64,000 nt of DNA from assembly GCA_045106895.1 (NCBI GenBank), contig JBGCFM010000046.1, positions 32,001 to 96,000 on the forward strand. Reading direction: 5' to 3'. Below the pieces are notes generated by a model. It ran no database searches. It was given only the letters and a program-made list of their open reading frames with translations, and was not told the DNA's origin. Every line of letters starts with the position of its first letter. Positions within the stretch are counted from its first letter, which is position 1. A program made the position numbers and the translations under genes. This document shows, one piece after another, positions 1 to 9,542 of this stretch. This stretch comes from Polyangiales bacterium (GTDB lineage: Bacteria; Myxococcota_A; Polyangia; Polyangiales; Houyiibacteriaceae).

Positions 1-1
1 G

Positions 2-802
2 AGCCCAAGAGCGATCTCGTCCCTGGCGGCTCTGAAGGAGGAAGTGCCAAAGGGTGACTTTCAAGTCATCCCTTGTGACCTCCAGGACTTCACGAGTATC
101 TGGGCGGCCGTCGACATGATCCGTGCGTCGCATAAGCACCTGGATGTGCTGTGCAACAACGCGGGAGTCATGGCGATGAAGGACGAAGCGACAAAGGACG
201 GTTACGACGTTCAGATGCAGACGAACGTCTTGTCGCATTTCTTGCTCACCAAAGGCGTCTTCGAGCTTCTGCGGAAGAGCGAAGACGGTCGCATCGTCAA
301 CCACTCGTCGATGGCGCGCGTAGGACCGCCTCTTGAGCAGCGCTACTTCGGCAAGAACGGCGGGGACCTCGGAGGCGACGGAGACGAGAGCGAAGGCTTC
401 GGTGGTCCGCGTTGGCTTCGCTACCATCAAACGAAGCTGGCGAACTTCGTGTTCACCTATGGCCTCAAGGAGAAACTAGAGGCCGCCGGCGTGACGAACG
501 TCAAAGCCCTCGTGGCGCATCCCGGTCTTGCGCGTACTCAGCTCCAGGTCACCACCGCGAAGGATGGAGGCATGGACGCTGAATCTGACTTTATGAAGCA
601 GGCTCAGTCCCAAGAAGACGGCGCCGCCGGAATCATCCGCGCATGCATGGATCCCGAAGCCCAGTCCGGCGACTTCTTCGGACCAGAGCAGTGGTCCGGT
701 TTTCCGAAGCGCCTCACGCCGGAAGAAGACCTTGTGACCCCGGAGAATATTCGAACGAATTGGGAAGGCTGCGAAGCCGCCGTTGGCGCATTTAAGATCT
801 AG
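2..802 (+). CDS. Short-chain dehydrogenase/reductase (retinol dehydrogenase/WWOX-like), 5' partial
   Basis: Frame is open from the window edge. Motifs CDL, NNAG, catalytic YxxxK (YHQTK) and HPG. Confidence 0.9.
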   Translation, partial: SPRAISSLAALKEEVPKGDFQVIPCDLQDFTSIWAAVDMIRASHKHLDVLCNNAGVMAMKDEATKDGYDVQMQTNVLSHFLLTKGVFELLRKSEDGRIVNHSSMARVGPPLEQRYFGKNGGDLGGDGDESEGFGGPRWLRYHQTKLANFVFTYGLKEKLEAAGVTNVKALVAHPGLARTQLQVTTAKDGGMDAESDFMKQAQSQEDGAAGIIRACMDPEAQSGDFFGPEQWSGFPKRLTPEEDLVTPENIRTNWEGCEAAVGAFKI

Positions 803-3258
803 GCCGGTACCCACGTTCCGCTTTGGAGTCGGAAGACCGCGTCTGAGTCGATCTGCAAGAGGTCGATCCAGCCACCGTCTACGAGCTGCCTTACCACTTC
901 GTGCTTCTCGACAATGGCGGAGATCGCATGTTGCGGTGCTTCGATGAACACCGCGAGCCGGAGCGGCGCGAACATCCAGTCGTTTCCGTTGTGAAGAGAC
1001 TGCATCGACAGTCCGATGCGCAAGTCGCCGCCGTTGCCTTCAAAGACTCCGAGGTGTCCGCCGGCGACGTTGTGAAGCACTTTGTTGCCACTGCCGTAGC
1101 GAAGGTTGTCCACGGTGGAGGCATAGTATTGAAGGTTGATCCAGTGGGCGACGACCATCGGCGCCGTCATGATGGCTTCGAGAATAGCGAACTCGGAGTC
1201 TTGTTCGTGTCGGTACTCGTGCAGGAAGGAGCGCCCTTCCAGGTTCAGATGCGCGCAGTGCTCTCTCGGCGCGATGATAAACGCTGCGTTGCCCGCGAGA
1301 CCCCATTCGGGGCGGGTTTGAGACCAGTCGTTGGTGCGTCGCTGAAAGAGGCGCGCGAGGCGTGAGGGCTTCGCCTTCGCCTCCGCTTCGAGGCCGACGC
1401 TCTGCGCGCGCTCGGAGCGGGCCACGGCCGCCGCCGACGAGAGCCGTGTTCGTAGGGCGGCGAGGTCAGCTTTGTGTGAGCCGGGGACCTCATCCGTGTC
1501 CCAGAGCGTGACGTCTTCCGTCGTCGTGTTGTGAAGGCCGGCGAGGAAATGAGTCTCCTCGCAAAGCATGATCCCACGTGTTTGAAGCTCCTTTCGAACA
1601 TCGGACATATTGAGGAGCGCCGCCGCGGCGCGAGCGTTGACCTCTCCGCTTTGTCCGCAACAGGCGCCGCAGTCGAGTCCCGCGGCGTGGGGGTTGTTTC
1701 GCGTTTCGCTGCCGTGACCGGCGAGAAGCACGAGGCGCGCGAAGCCGCGCGTGAGGCTCATTCCTCGCAGCATGCCTTCGGCGAGATCGGCACGCGCCGA
1801 TACGTCCAGCGCTTCGCCGGACACCGTCGAGACGATGCGAGGCTTCCGGCGTTCGAGTGCGTCGCTCGAGAGCCCGGACCCGGCTTTCCGAAGAGGGCTC
1901 GACGTGCCAAGGCTGTCGGCGGCGAGCTTGATGGCGTAGCCCAGGCCGAGGGACTCGACGAATGGAAACGCGGACACCGACCCGCCTTTGAAGGCGCGCC
2001 AGCGCTCACTCGCGCTGAGGTTTCGAGCGCGCCCTTCGGTGTCTTTTTCGCTGAGGTTTGTATCCGAGACGACGAGGCTTGGTGTGAGCAGACCTGGGAG
2101 CTGCGTTCTGGAACCTTCCGCGCCGGCAGGTTGGTAGGTCACTGGCAGCCCGAAGAACCCGGCGAAACCAAGAGTCTGAAGGTCGTCCGCCTGCGCGTCC
2201 GTAGAGCCCTCGAGAGCCCTGCGTAGGACCTCGGAGCGTACGTCGATGCAGAACACCGCTTGCACCGCGGGAGACTGGGACTTCGTCTTGCTGAGGCCGG
2301 CGGGCAACCCGCGACACAGCGGCTCTTGATAGGCGAGCTCCATGGCGCGTTGAAGGAGCCAGTCGCCGTGATTGAGCCCTCGGCTCGGCTTGGCGCGTCG
2401 AGCGCGCTCCCACTCTTTGAGCCCCTGCGTGCCGAGCTCCTCGTGCAGCATGGACTCCCACACGACACGAATGGCGAGGAGGTCGAAGATGGTGTCGTCG
2501 GTCTCGCCCCGAAGCTCGGCTTCCCATCGCTCGTACGCGCACCAGGAGGCCCAGCCGTTTTGGTCGAGCAGGAGCCCCCACAAGTACGACTCGATGGCGT
2601 CGGCGGGAATCCCGAGCTTTTCGACGCCTTGTCCGATGGCTTCCAGCGCCGTTAGCGGCAGAGACTGGGCGAGGGCGCGGCAGTTGTGGAGGCCCATCAA
2701 CAAGCGTGGGGACTTGTCCGCGAGGGCCATGCGCCGCCAGCTGGCGTAGAGCCCGCCGCTTCGGTCCGGGCCGAGCGAGGCTTGGCCCCCGTCGAAGTAA
2801 GCTGCGCAGAATTGCGTGATGGTGTGGGTGACGAAGTCTTGCCAGGACATCTCGCGCACCAGATCGCGCGACGCATCCGCGACGTCTCGGACTCGCAGCA
2901 AGGTAGCGACGGCGGGAGTGTCTTGGCCCGCGAGCGTGCGCAGCATATGAACGCTCATCGGAGAGTCACCGTTCTGCTCTGCGATCGCCGCCTCGAGGTG
3001 CCTGTCCTGCATCGTGCCTTCGTCGAGTGCGCGCTTGTAGAAGGCCCGAGGCATCGTTAGGCGCGTGCCGCTAAGGGGACTCATCGCGGCTTCAACCTCC
3101 GGCAGTGATTTGTCGATCATCCCCCAGAAAGGATTCACGGCGATGAAGCGGTCGAGGGGCCATGTCGGCGCGATTTTTCGGCACGCAGCCTTCACGCAGT
3201 CTTTGATGTGTGCGGGAACGGGTCGCACGCTGGGCTCGGTGGAAGTGGGCTGAATCAT
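799..3258 (-). CDS. dabA: Inorganic carbon transporter subunit DabA (DUF2309/UPF0753, beta-carbonic-anhydrase-like)
   Basis: 819 aa with IAPTWPLDRFIAVNPF, FCIDVRSE, GHGS..NNPH..LDCGAC, HWINLQYYAS and GDLRIGL; Zn ligands Cys/Asp/His/Cys present. 4-bp overlap with the upstream membrane subunit. Confidence 0.95.
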   Translation of the reverse strand: MIQPTSTEPSVRPVPAHIKDCVKAACRKIAPTWPLDRFIAVNPFWGMIDKSLPEVEAAMSPLSGTRLTMPRAFYKRALDEGTMQDRHLEAAIAEQNGDSPMSVHMLRTLAGQDTPAVATLLRVRDVADASRDLVREMSWQDFVTHTITQFCAAYFDGGQASLGPDRSGGLYASWRRMALADKSPRLLMGLHNCRALAQSLPLTALEAIGQGVEKLGIPADAIESYLWGLLLDQNGWASWCAYERWEAELRGETDDTIFDLLAIRVVWESMLHEELGTQGLKEWERARRAKPSRGLNHGDWLLQRAMELAYQEPLCRGLPAGLSKTKSQSPAVQAVFCIDVRSEVLRRALEGSTDAQADDLQTLGFAGFFGLPVTYQPAGAEGSRTQLPGLLTPSLVVSDTNLSEKDTEGRARNLSASERWRAFKGGSVSAFPFVESLGLGYAIKLAADSLGTSSPLRKAGSGLSSDALERRKPRIVSTVSGEALDVSARADLAEGMLRGMSLTRGFARLVLLAGHGSETRNNPHAAGLDCGACCGQSGEVNARAAAALLNMSDVRKELQTRGIMLCEETHFLAGLHNTTTEDVTLWDTDEVPGSHKADLAALRTRLSSAAAVARSERAQSVGLEAEAKAKPSRLARLFQRRTNDWSQTRPEWGLAGNAAFIIAPREHCAHLNLEGRSFLHEYRHEQDSEFAILEAIMTAPMVVAHWINLQYYASTVDNLRYGSGNKVLHNVAGGHLGVFEGNGGDLRIGLSMQSLHNGNDWMFAPLRLAVFIEAPQHAISAIVEKHEVVRQLVDGGWIDLLQIDSDAVFRLQSGTWVPA

Positions 3259-4799
3259 GAGAGGGTCTCGGCGTTTTCGGTGAGGGGTCGGGCCGTTGCT
3301 TCCGGCAAGTGCGGAGGCCAGAGGCGAAAGGTCAGGCGCGTGAAGCGCTCATCCAGGTAGAAGCCGGCGAAGAGCCAGGTGTGGAGGCGCCGCGCGAAGG
3401 CGCCGTGGGGTCGAAGTTCCACGGCACTTTCGACGGCGAAGAGCGCAGCGAAACCCGCGAGAACAGTGAGCGGCGCGGCGAGCGTGCCAAAGTGCTCCGT
3501 CGCCGGCCAAAGGGCGAAGGCTGCGGTGTGGAGCGCTGCGTAGAGAAGGGGAACCAGCGCCGCGCTGACGACGGTGGTGAAAGTGAGTGGACGCGCCAAC
3601 CACGGCACCGCAGACCACGCCACGATGAGCGAGAGGACGAGGGATTCCAGCGGAAAGCCAGCTGCCAATGACGTGACGAGGGAAGCCGTCGTGGTGACGA
3701 CGAGGGCGAGGGCCCAGCGGAGGGCGCTTGGTTTGCTCCGCGCTGCCATGGCGTTGAGGCGCCACGCATCAACGGCGGAGCCGGCGCTGAGAAACGCGTG
3801 GGCTTTGTAGAACGAGTGCGCGACGAGGTGCAAAAGGGCGAGAGGCCAGAGTCCAAGGCCACACTCGACGAGCATAAAGCCCATCTGCGCGCAGGTGGAC
3901 CACGCGAGGCCCACCTTCACGCTGACGCGAGTGCGCACGATGAGCGCCGCGAGCACTACAGTGCACGTGCCGATGGCGACGAGGACGTACTGAGCGAGAG
4001 CGGCTAGCGCCATCAACGGCGCGAGACGAATCATGAGGAAGCCGCCAAGATTGACGATGCCCGCATGCAGGAGAGCGGACACGGGGGTCGGAGCCTCCAT
4101 GACCTGAGTGAGCCACCCGTGAAACGGAAGTTGTGCGGACTTGAGGGCGGCGGCGATGACGAAGAGGAGCGCCGCGATGTGCATCTGTGTGGAGAGCTCT
4201 GTTTGCGCAGCGGCCCACTCAAGAACGCCATCGAGGTAGAGCGTGCCCGTGGCGTGCGCCGTCAGTGCCATCGCCGACCAAAGGCACACGTCCGCCAGCC
4301 GACTCACGAGGAACTTCTTGTGCGCGGCGACGAGGGCGGGCGTTCGCGTCCGGAAGAAGGTCAGGAGCTGATGCAGCGCGAGGCTCGTCAAGGTCCAGGC
4401 GCCGGCGAGGACGACGAGGTGTCCGGTCGATACGAGGGCAGAGACCGCCGCGAGGGTCAGGAGCAACCAGCGTGCGTAGTGGAGCGCTCGGGGATCCGCG
4501 TCGAGATAGTTCCGTGAGTAGCGCACGATGACGACTGCGAGAACGCAGACCAGGAGCAGCATCACGGCGCTGAGCGTATCGACGCGAATCAGCGCGTTGG
4601 CGTTCTGGGTGGAGCCGAAAGCGCTCAGGGTTGCGAAGGCAGCCGCCAGCAGCGCCGAAGTTCCCGCCGCGGCGAGGGCGACGCGAAAGGGTCTTTCCCG
4701 GCGCGAGAGCATGGCCGCGACGGCGAAGACCAAAGGAATAAGAAGTGCGCACGCTTCGGCGGGACCGGAAACCAAGGAGTCGAGAATCCAAAAGTTCAT
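3255..4799 (-). CDS. dabB: Inorganic carbon transporter membrane subunit DabB (NuoL/ND5-like proton-conducting subunit)
   Basis: Multi-TM protein with LKSAQLPFHGWL, MEAPTPVSALLHAG, STCAQMGFML and HSFYKAHAFL; coupled to dabA. Confidence 0.92.
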   Translation of the reverse strand: MNFWILDSLVSGPAEACALLIPLVFAVAAMLSRRERPFRVALAAAGTSALLAAAFATLSAFGSTQNANALIRVDTLSAVMLLLVCVLAVVIVRYSRNYLDADPRALHYARWLLLTLAAVSALVSTGHLVVLAGAWTLTSLALHQLLTFFRTRTPALVAAHKKFLVSRLADVCLWSAMALTAHATGTLYLDGVLEWAAAQTELSTQMHIAALLFVIAAALKSAQLPFHGWLTQVMEAPTPVSALLHAGIVNLGGFLMIRLAPLMALAALAQYVLVAIGTCTVVLAALIVRTRVSVKVGLAWSTCAQMGFMLVECGLGLWPLALLHLVAHSFYKAHAFLSAGSAVDAWRLNAMAARSKPSALRWALALVVTTTASLVTSLAAGFPLESLVLSLIVAWSAVPWLARPLTFTTVVSAALVPLLYAALHTAAFALWPATEHFGTLAAPLTVLAGFAALFAVESAVELRPHGAFARRLHTWLFAGFYLDERFTRLTFRLWPPHLPEATARPLTENAETLS

Positions 4800-4822
4800 G
4801 TGACTGCTCTAGTGGTCTTGAC

Positions 4823-4873
4823 CGTTCTGTAAAAACACATAATAAATATCGAAACGTTCTCTTTTAGAGAACG
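4823..4873. promoter_or_regulatory. LysR-type operator between divergent dabB and LysR genes
   Basis: Perfect inverted repeat CGTTCTCT-ttt-AGAGAACG (4855-4873) containing T-N11-A, plus a partial second CGTTCT half-site at 4823, in an AT-rich intergenic region. Confidence 0.65.
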
Positions 4874-4884
4874 CATATGCGCGT

Positions 4885-5778
4885 ATGACCTTAGACGACC
4901 TGAACTTTCATCACCTGAGGTACTTCTGGCACGTTGCGACGGACGGGAATCTGACGCGCACGGCGCGGCGTCTTCGCGTCGCGCAATCGGCGCTCTCCGC
5001 TCAGATCCGCCAGCTCGAGAGCCACTTCGACCAGCCGCTCTTCGACCGCGACGGCCGCCGTCTCGTGCTCACGGAAGCGGGGACCATCGCTCTGATGTAC
5101 GCCGAGCGGATCTTTGGTGAAGGCTCTGAACTTGTGTCGACGCTCGAGCGCGGGCGTGGGACTCAGCAGGTGTTGCGCGTCGGCGCCGTGGCGACGCTAT
5201 CCCGGAACTTCCAGCGCTCCTTCATGCAGCCCATGCTCGAGGAGGTTGGCGTTCAGCTGCGACTCGAAGCAGGAAGACTCGACGAACTCCTCGATGGTCT
5301 GGAGGCGCACACCCTGGACCTCGTTCTTTCGAACCAAGCGCCGGCGCGACCGGAGAGTCGGTTGCGCACGCATCGACTCGCGCGCCAGCCCGTGAGCATC
5401 ATCGCGTCAAAGCCGCCGCCGGGGTTTTCGTTTCCGGAAGACCTCGCGCGCTACCCCATGATCGTCCCTGGTCCGACGAGCGAAGTCCGCGCGGAGTTCG
5501 ATGCCCTCTGCGACCGCCTCCGCGTCAGCGTGCGCATCTTGGCGGAGGTCGACGATATGGCGACAATTCGTTTGCTCGCGGCGGACGCGAATGCCCTTGC
5601 GATCGTCCCCTCCGTCGTCGTTCGCGATGAACTTCGAACAGGCGTAGTTCATGAACTCTGCGTCGTCCCCGACATCGCCGAGAACTTCTATGGCATCACG
5701 CTCGCAAGGCGCTTTCAGCACCCTCTGGTGCAAACGCTCCTGGCGCGCGAAGAAGAGGAACTGCTCGCCATGGCGTAA
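4885..5778 (+). CDS. LysR family transcriptional regulator (NhaR-like), probable regulator of dabAB
   Basis: N-terminal LNFHHLRYFW..QSALSAQIRQLE HTH and LTEAG; divergent from dabB. Confidence 0.93.
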   Translation: MTLDDLNFHHLRYFWHVATDGNLTRTARRLRVAQSALSAQIRQLESHFDQPLFDRDGRRLVLTEAGTIALMYAERIFGEGSELVSTLERGRGTQQVLRVGAVATLSRNFQRSFMQPMLEEVGVQLRLEAGRLDELLDGLEAHTLDLVLSNQAPARPESRLRTHRLARQPVSIIASKPPPGFSFPEDLARYPMIVPGPTSEVRAEFDALCDRLRVSVRILAEVDDMATIRLLAADANALAIVPSVVVRDELRTGVVHELCVVPDIAENFYGITLARRFQHPLVQTLLAREEEELLAMA

Positions 5779-5802
5779 GCGCCAGTCTTCGTATTAGACG
5801 GA

Positions 5803-6055
5803 TCACAGGCAGCATGAGCGGTCGATGCCGAGGGCGTCGAAGGTCGTGCAGGTGTCCGTTGCGCCGTCGTTGATGTCCTCGACGATAGCGCCGCACGGGA
5901 ACATCCGCTCCGCGGTCCAGAGCACGGCGGTTCCTTGGTCGCCCCCGACGTAACGATTGACGAGGCGAGCGCCGATTTGGCCGCGGGACGGCGCCACCGG
6001 CGAGTCGTCAGGCGCCATCGGCGATGACCGCGGATACGTGCCCCGAGCTGCTTTG
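5803..6055 (-). pseudogene. Remnant of the C-terminus of a paralogue of the beta-helix lipoprotein at 6062-8173
   Basis: PDDSPV..GARLVNRYV..LW..FPCGAIVEDINDGATDTCTTFDALG aligns by eye with PDTSPV..GARIVVRSV..LW..FPCGNIVPGINDGATNTCSTFSALG; no proper N-terminus. Confidence 0.75.
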
Positions 6056-6061
6056 GGCGAG

Positions 6062-8173
6062 CTATTCGACGGCGCACATGGCGCCAACGCCCAGCGCGCT
6101 AAACGTGGAGCAGGTGTTTGTCGCGCCGTCGTTGATGCCGGGAACGATGTTGCCGCAGGGGAACGTGCCATCGTCGTTCCACAGCCGCTCGGCGGTGAGC
6201 ACCCCGTCCACGGAGCGGACGACGATTCGCGCGCCAACGTCGGCCCCGCCTCGTCCGGTGCCATTGACCGGGGAGGTGTCCGGGACGCGATGACGACAGG
6301 CGCCCACCTGCGCGTCGATGACCGTGTTGTCGCCTGCGCCATCCGCAGAGACGATGCCAGGAAACGTATTGTTCCCGTCAACGCTGAGGCTGCTTTGGTC
6401 GATGGCGACGATGCCGAACTCTTCGTTTTCGACGAGGTTGTTGAAGATATCGGCGGAGCAAGGAAGGGACGCGTTGGTGGACTGCTGGTCGACGCGAACT
6501 CCGGCGTTGAAGATGGAGTTGTTTCGCACCACCAGGCCCTCGGCGCCGCGCACGAGGATGCCGTTTCCGGATGGGCCGAGGATCACGTTGTTTTCGATAC
6601 GCATGTCGGAGAGGACTCGCTCGTCGATGGATGCGCATTCCGGCATGCTCGCGCAGCTGCTTGAGGCGACCAGCCCGTAGATGCCGCCGACGAAGACGTT
6701 ACTAAGGATGCGCGCCGAGTTGCCTTCGCCGCCTTCCCCGTCAGGGTTCAATTGGCTTGCCCGAACGTCCACGTTGTTGCCACCGCCGATGAAGACGTTG
6801 TTCTCAAAGAGGCAGTCCTCGCTGTGGTGGCAGGTAATCGCCGAGTCGCCCGTATTGGGCGCGCCGCTTACGTAGCCGCCCGCGATGTCGCTCCGGCCCC
6901 GTGGGTTGAAGTAGTTCCTTCGCGCAGTGACGCCGCGCGACCGCCAGGAGGTGATGGCGTAGCGGTGAAAGTCGTAGAACTCACTGTCCTCCACGACGAC
7001 GTTCGTCGAGTCGTTGACGGCGAAGAGGTGGGTGTTCTGCTCGCGGTTGTTTGTCGCGACAAGACCGCCGCGAAAAGTGATGTTCCGAGAACCGTAGACG
7101 GCGACGACGTTGGAGCCAGCGCCGTCAACACCGACCACGGTGAGTCCATCGAGTACGTAGGAGTCGCATTGGCGAAGGAGTACGTTGATGCCGCTCTCGC
7201 CGGCTTCCATGCGAATCGCTGCGCCACGTGGGTCCTCCGAACGGATGGTGATGGGCATCCCGGGGCTTCCCGAAGGGCAAGGCGCGCCGCCGCACGCTGT
7301 GCTCGCGGACTCACAATCGATCTGCAGGTAGCCCGTCGCTGCGTCAGCGCCGTAGTCACCGGGGAGCAGAATGAGGGTGGCGCCGGGGGTCAACCTTGAG
7401 AGCGCGAGGGAGAATGTGCGAAACGGGGCACTTCGCGAACCCTCGTCGCCGTCATCTCCGGTGGGGCTGATATAGAGCGCGTTGGTGGGCCCGGCATCGA
7501 CGACGTCTGGTCCGCCGGCGTCGGGCGAACCGGCGTCGGGCGAACCGGCGTCACTCGGAATGGCAACGCAGCCCAGTTGAGCGTCGCATCGCTCGTTCGC
7601 GCCGCAGTTGGCATCGTTTGGAACGGCGAGACACACGCCGTCTTGGCAAAGAGGCTGGACGCAGGCGGTACTCACGCTGCATGCACTGTCCGTGGTGCAC
7701 TCCGGCGGCGGGCAAAACTCGGGAGTCTCGACGGTGCAGCGCGGGTCGACGCACTCCCCGCCGAGGCAGGAATCGAAGGACGGGTTGTCGTTGGGGCAAG
7801 CGACGCCTTCGCAGTCTCGCGTAATGAGGACCGTCGCCACATTGATCTGCGAGCCGACGCTGACGGAAGCGCTCCGGGAGATCACTTCGACGCCTCCGCG
7901 CAGCAGCGTGACGGTGACCGGGGTTTGCCCGCTTGTGACCTCCGCTTGCGCCAAGCGCGCCCCGCGAACGTAGTCCGTGTCCGCGGCGGCGACGTGGTCG
8001 GAGATGAGCGCGCCATCCCCACTGCCAATGGTCAATCGAACGGCGTTGAACTCGGTCCCCGGGACGAAGTCTGTTTTCAAGTCGACGCGAAGTGTCGGGC
8101 CGTCGCTAGAGCAAGCGGCGAGAAGCGCCACGGAGACCACGAAGCAAAGCTGCAAAGGGCGAGACATGGCCAC
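6062..8173 (-). CDS. Lipoprotein with Cys-rich N-terminal module and right-handed parallel beta-helix (DUF1565/pectin-lyase-like) domain
   Basis: Lipobox LAAC, DAGSP linker repeats, YISPTGDD..GS..APFRT motif and Asn-ladder repeats. Confidence 0.8.
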   Translation of the reverse strand: MAMSRPLQLCFVVSVALLAACSSDGPTLRVDLKTDFVPGTEFNAVRLTIGSGDGALISDHVAAADTDYVRGARLAQAEVTSGQTPVTVTLLRGGVEVISRSASVSVGSQINVATVLITRDCEGVACPNDNPSFDSCLGGECVDPRCTVETPEFCPPPECTTDSACSVSTACVQPLCQDGVCLAVPNDANCGANERCDAQLGCVAIPSDAGSPDAGSPDAGGPDVVDAGPTNALYISPTGDDGDEGSRSAPFRTFSLALSRLTPGATLILLPGDYGADAATGYLQIDCESASTACGGAPCPSGSPGMPITIRSEDPRGAAIRMEAGESGINVLLRQCDSYVLDGLTVVGVDGAGSNVVAVYGSRNITFRGGLVATNNREQNTHLFAVNDSTNVVVEDSEFYDFHRYAITSWRSRGVTARRNYFNPRGRSDIAGGYVSGAPNTGDSAITCHHSEDCLFENNVFIGGGNNVDVRASQLNPDGEGGEGNSARILSNVFVGGIYGLVASSSCASMPECASIDERVLSDMRIENNVILGPSGNGILVRGAEGLVVRNNSIFNAGVRVDQQSTNASLPCSADIFNNLVENEEFGIVAIDQSSLSVDGNNTFPGIVSADGAGDNTVIDAQVGACRHRVPDTSPVNGTGRGGADVGARIVVRSVDGVLTAERLWNDDGTFPCGNIVPGINDGATNTCSTFSALGVGAMCAVE

Positions 8174-8205
8174 AGCCTAGTGGTTTTTGTGGTGCCGGGC
8201 CCATT

Positions 8206-8774
8206 TTAGGGCGCGGCGGGACTGAACGCGTCGCGGAGCAACTCAAGGTTCGCCGCTCCTGCGGGTTTTGTGAGTCGCCAGCCCGCAGGGGTGCGTTCGG
8301 CGCCGACATACCAGGCGTCGCGCTGCTGGCCGGGCGTGAATCCCACGAGGACGCTGCCGCGTCCGTTGGCCAACGTGTTGCCGCTGAACCAGACAAAGAG
8401 CGCATCGTCGGCGATGTCCGAGAGCTTACGTTTGAGGTTGGCGGAGCTCGTCTGATGGCGATGGATGATGGGGCCACGCCAGACCCGCTGCTCTTGGCCC
8501 CGAACGAAGCGTCGCTCCGTGACGATGCGCGACGGCTTGAAGGGGGAATCACCGCGGGACCATCGCCGTCGCTGCCGACGCCGAAGGCGCCGCTGACTTT
8601 AGCGGAGAAGCCAAGCCACTTCGGGCCGAACCAGTTGTCGACGCGCACGAGAAAGGCAGCTTTGACGTGCGGCGTGAGCAACGCCATGATCCCATCGACG
8701 CACTTTGTGAACTCGCGGTCGTCTTTGTCGTCGTGACGCGTCCAGCGACGACGTGGCTGGTGCGCGCCGGTCAT
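8206..8774 (-). pseudogene. Frameshifted hypothetical protein (VDNWFGPKWLGFS family)
   Basis: Adding one base to the G5 run at 8542-8546 continues the frame as IPPFKPSRIVTERRF..HRHQTSSANLKR..ALFVWFSGNTLANGRGSV..WYV to a stop at 8206. Could be a sequencing error. Confidence 0.65.
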
Positions 8775-8806
8775 CGGCTCACCGTACTCGCCAGATGCGC
8801 CGCACA

Positions 8807-9436
8807 CTAGCGTGGTCGCGACGCGACGACGAACGCCGTGTGCTCCTTGGCCCCGACGTCCGGCTGCGCGATGTCGACGAACCCCGCCGCTTTTAGCTCA
8901 CCTTCGAATGAGCTCTTGTCGAAGACCTTCACGAGTGGCGCCTTCCCGAGCCAGCGAAGCAAAGTCACGATGGGCGTGTAGGGGACCCAGGACTCGCCGA
9001 GGCAGGGCGTGGAGGAGACGAAGAAACCGCCAGGTCTGAGGAGCCGATGAATCCTCTCTAGCGCGGCCCCTCGTTCTTCGAGGAGATGAAGGAAACTGTA
9101 GGCGCAGATGCCGTCCAGCGAAGCGTCGGGGATGGCGTCGAAGGAGTCGTCGAAGGCACCCGCGTGAAATGTGACGTTGTCAATGCTTTGCGTCTCCGCC
9201 TTCCGCCGAGCGATGCGTACCATCTCCGTGGAGACGTCGAGTCCGTGGACGTGGGCGCCGCGTGGTGCGAGGCGGAGCGCGAGGGAGCCGGTCCCGCATC
9301 CAATGTCGAGGACGACGTCTTCGGGCAGCATGAGCGATTGTGTGATCTCGATCTTACGCTCGAAGACGTCGGGAAGTTCAACAGGTTTTGCGGCGTACTC
9401 TTCAGCGAGTTCGTCCCAGAATGCAGCGTCGGTCAT
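8807..9436 (-). CDS. Class I SAM-dependent methyltransferase
   Basis: VLDIGCGTG motif I, GLDVS and LLRPGG. Confidence 0.92.
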   Translation of the reverse strand: MTDAAFWDELAEEYAAKPVELPDVFERKIEITQSLMLPEDVVLDIGCGTGSLALRLAPRGAHVHGLDVSTEMVRIARRKAETQSIDNVTFHAGAFDDSFDAIPDASLDGICAYSFLHLLEERGAALERIHRLLRPGGFFVSSTPCLGESWVPYTPIVTLLRWLGKAPLVKVFDKSSFEGELKAAGFVDIAQPDVGAKEHTAFVVASRPR

Positions 9437-9542
9437 GAGGAGCCTTTCGGGTGAACACGCAACCTAGTCTTCGTAGACGGGTCCGCTCGGAGTGAGTTCG
9501 GGACCGAGTGTCCCGTTTTCGGTCCAGTCCAACGACAGCCAC

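Noticed and set aside
3255..4799. NuoL or MrpA of complex I / Mrp antiporter
   Set aside because: No other nuo or mrp genes are present, and it is coupled to DUF2309, which defines DabB.
5803..6300. Template/variable repeat pair of a diversity-generating retroelement
   Set aside because: The copies differ at all base types and by indels rather than specifically at adenines, and there is no reverse transcriptase in the window.
7516..7551. 15-bp tandem repeat GGCGTCGGGCGAACC
   Set aside because: It encodes the ordinary DAGSP low-complexity linker of a myxobacterial lipoprotein.
9500..9526. Inverted repeat GGACCGA..TCGGTCC between the LysR and methyltransferase genes
   Set aside because: It has no U-tract, and I cannot distinguish an operator from a terminator or a chance match.
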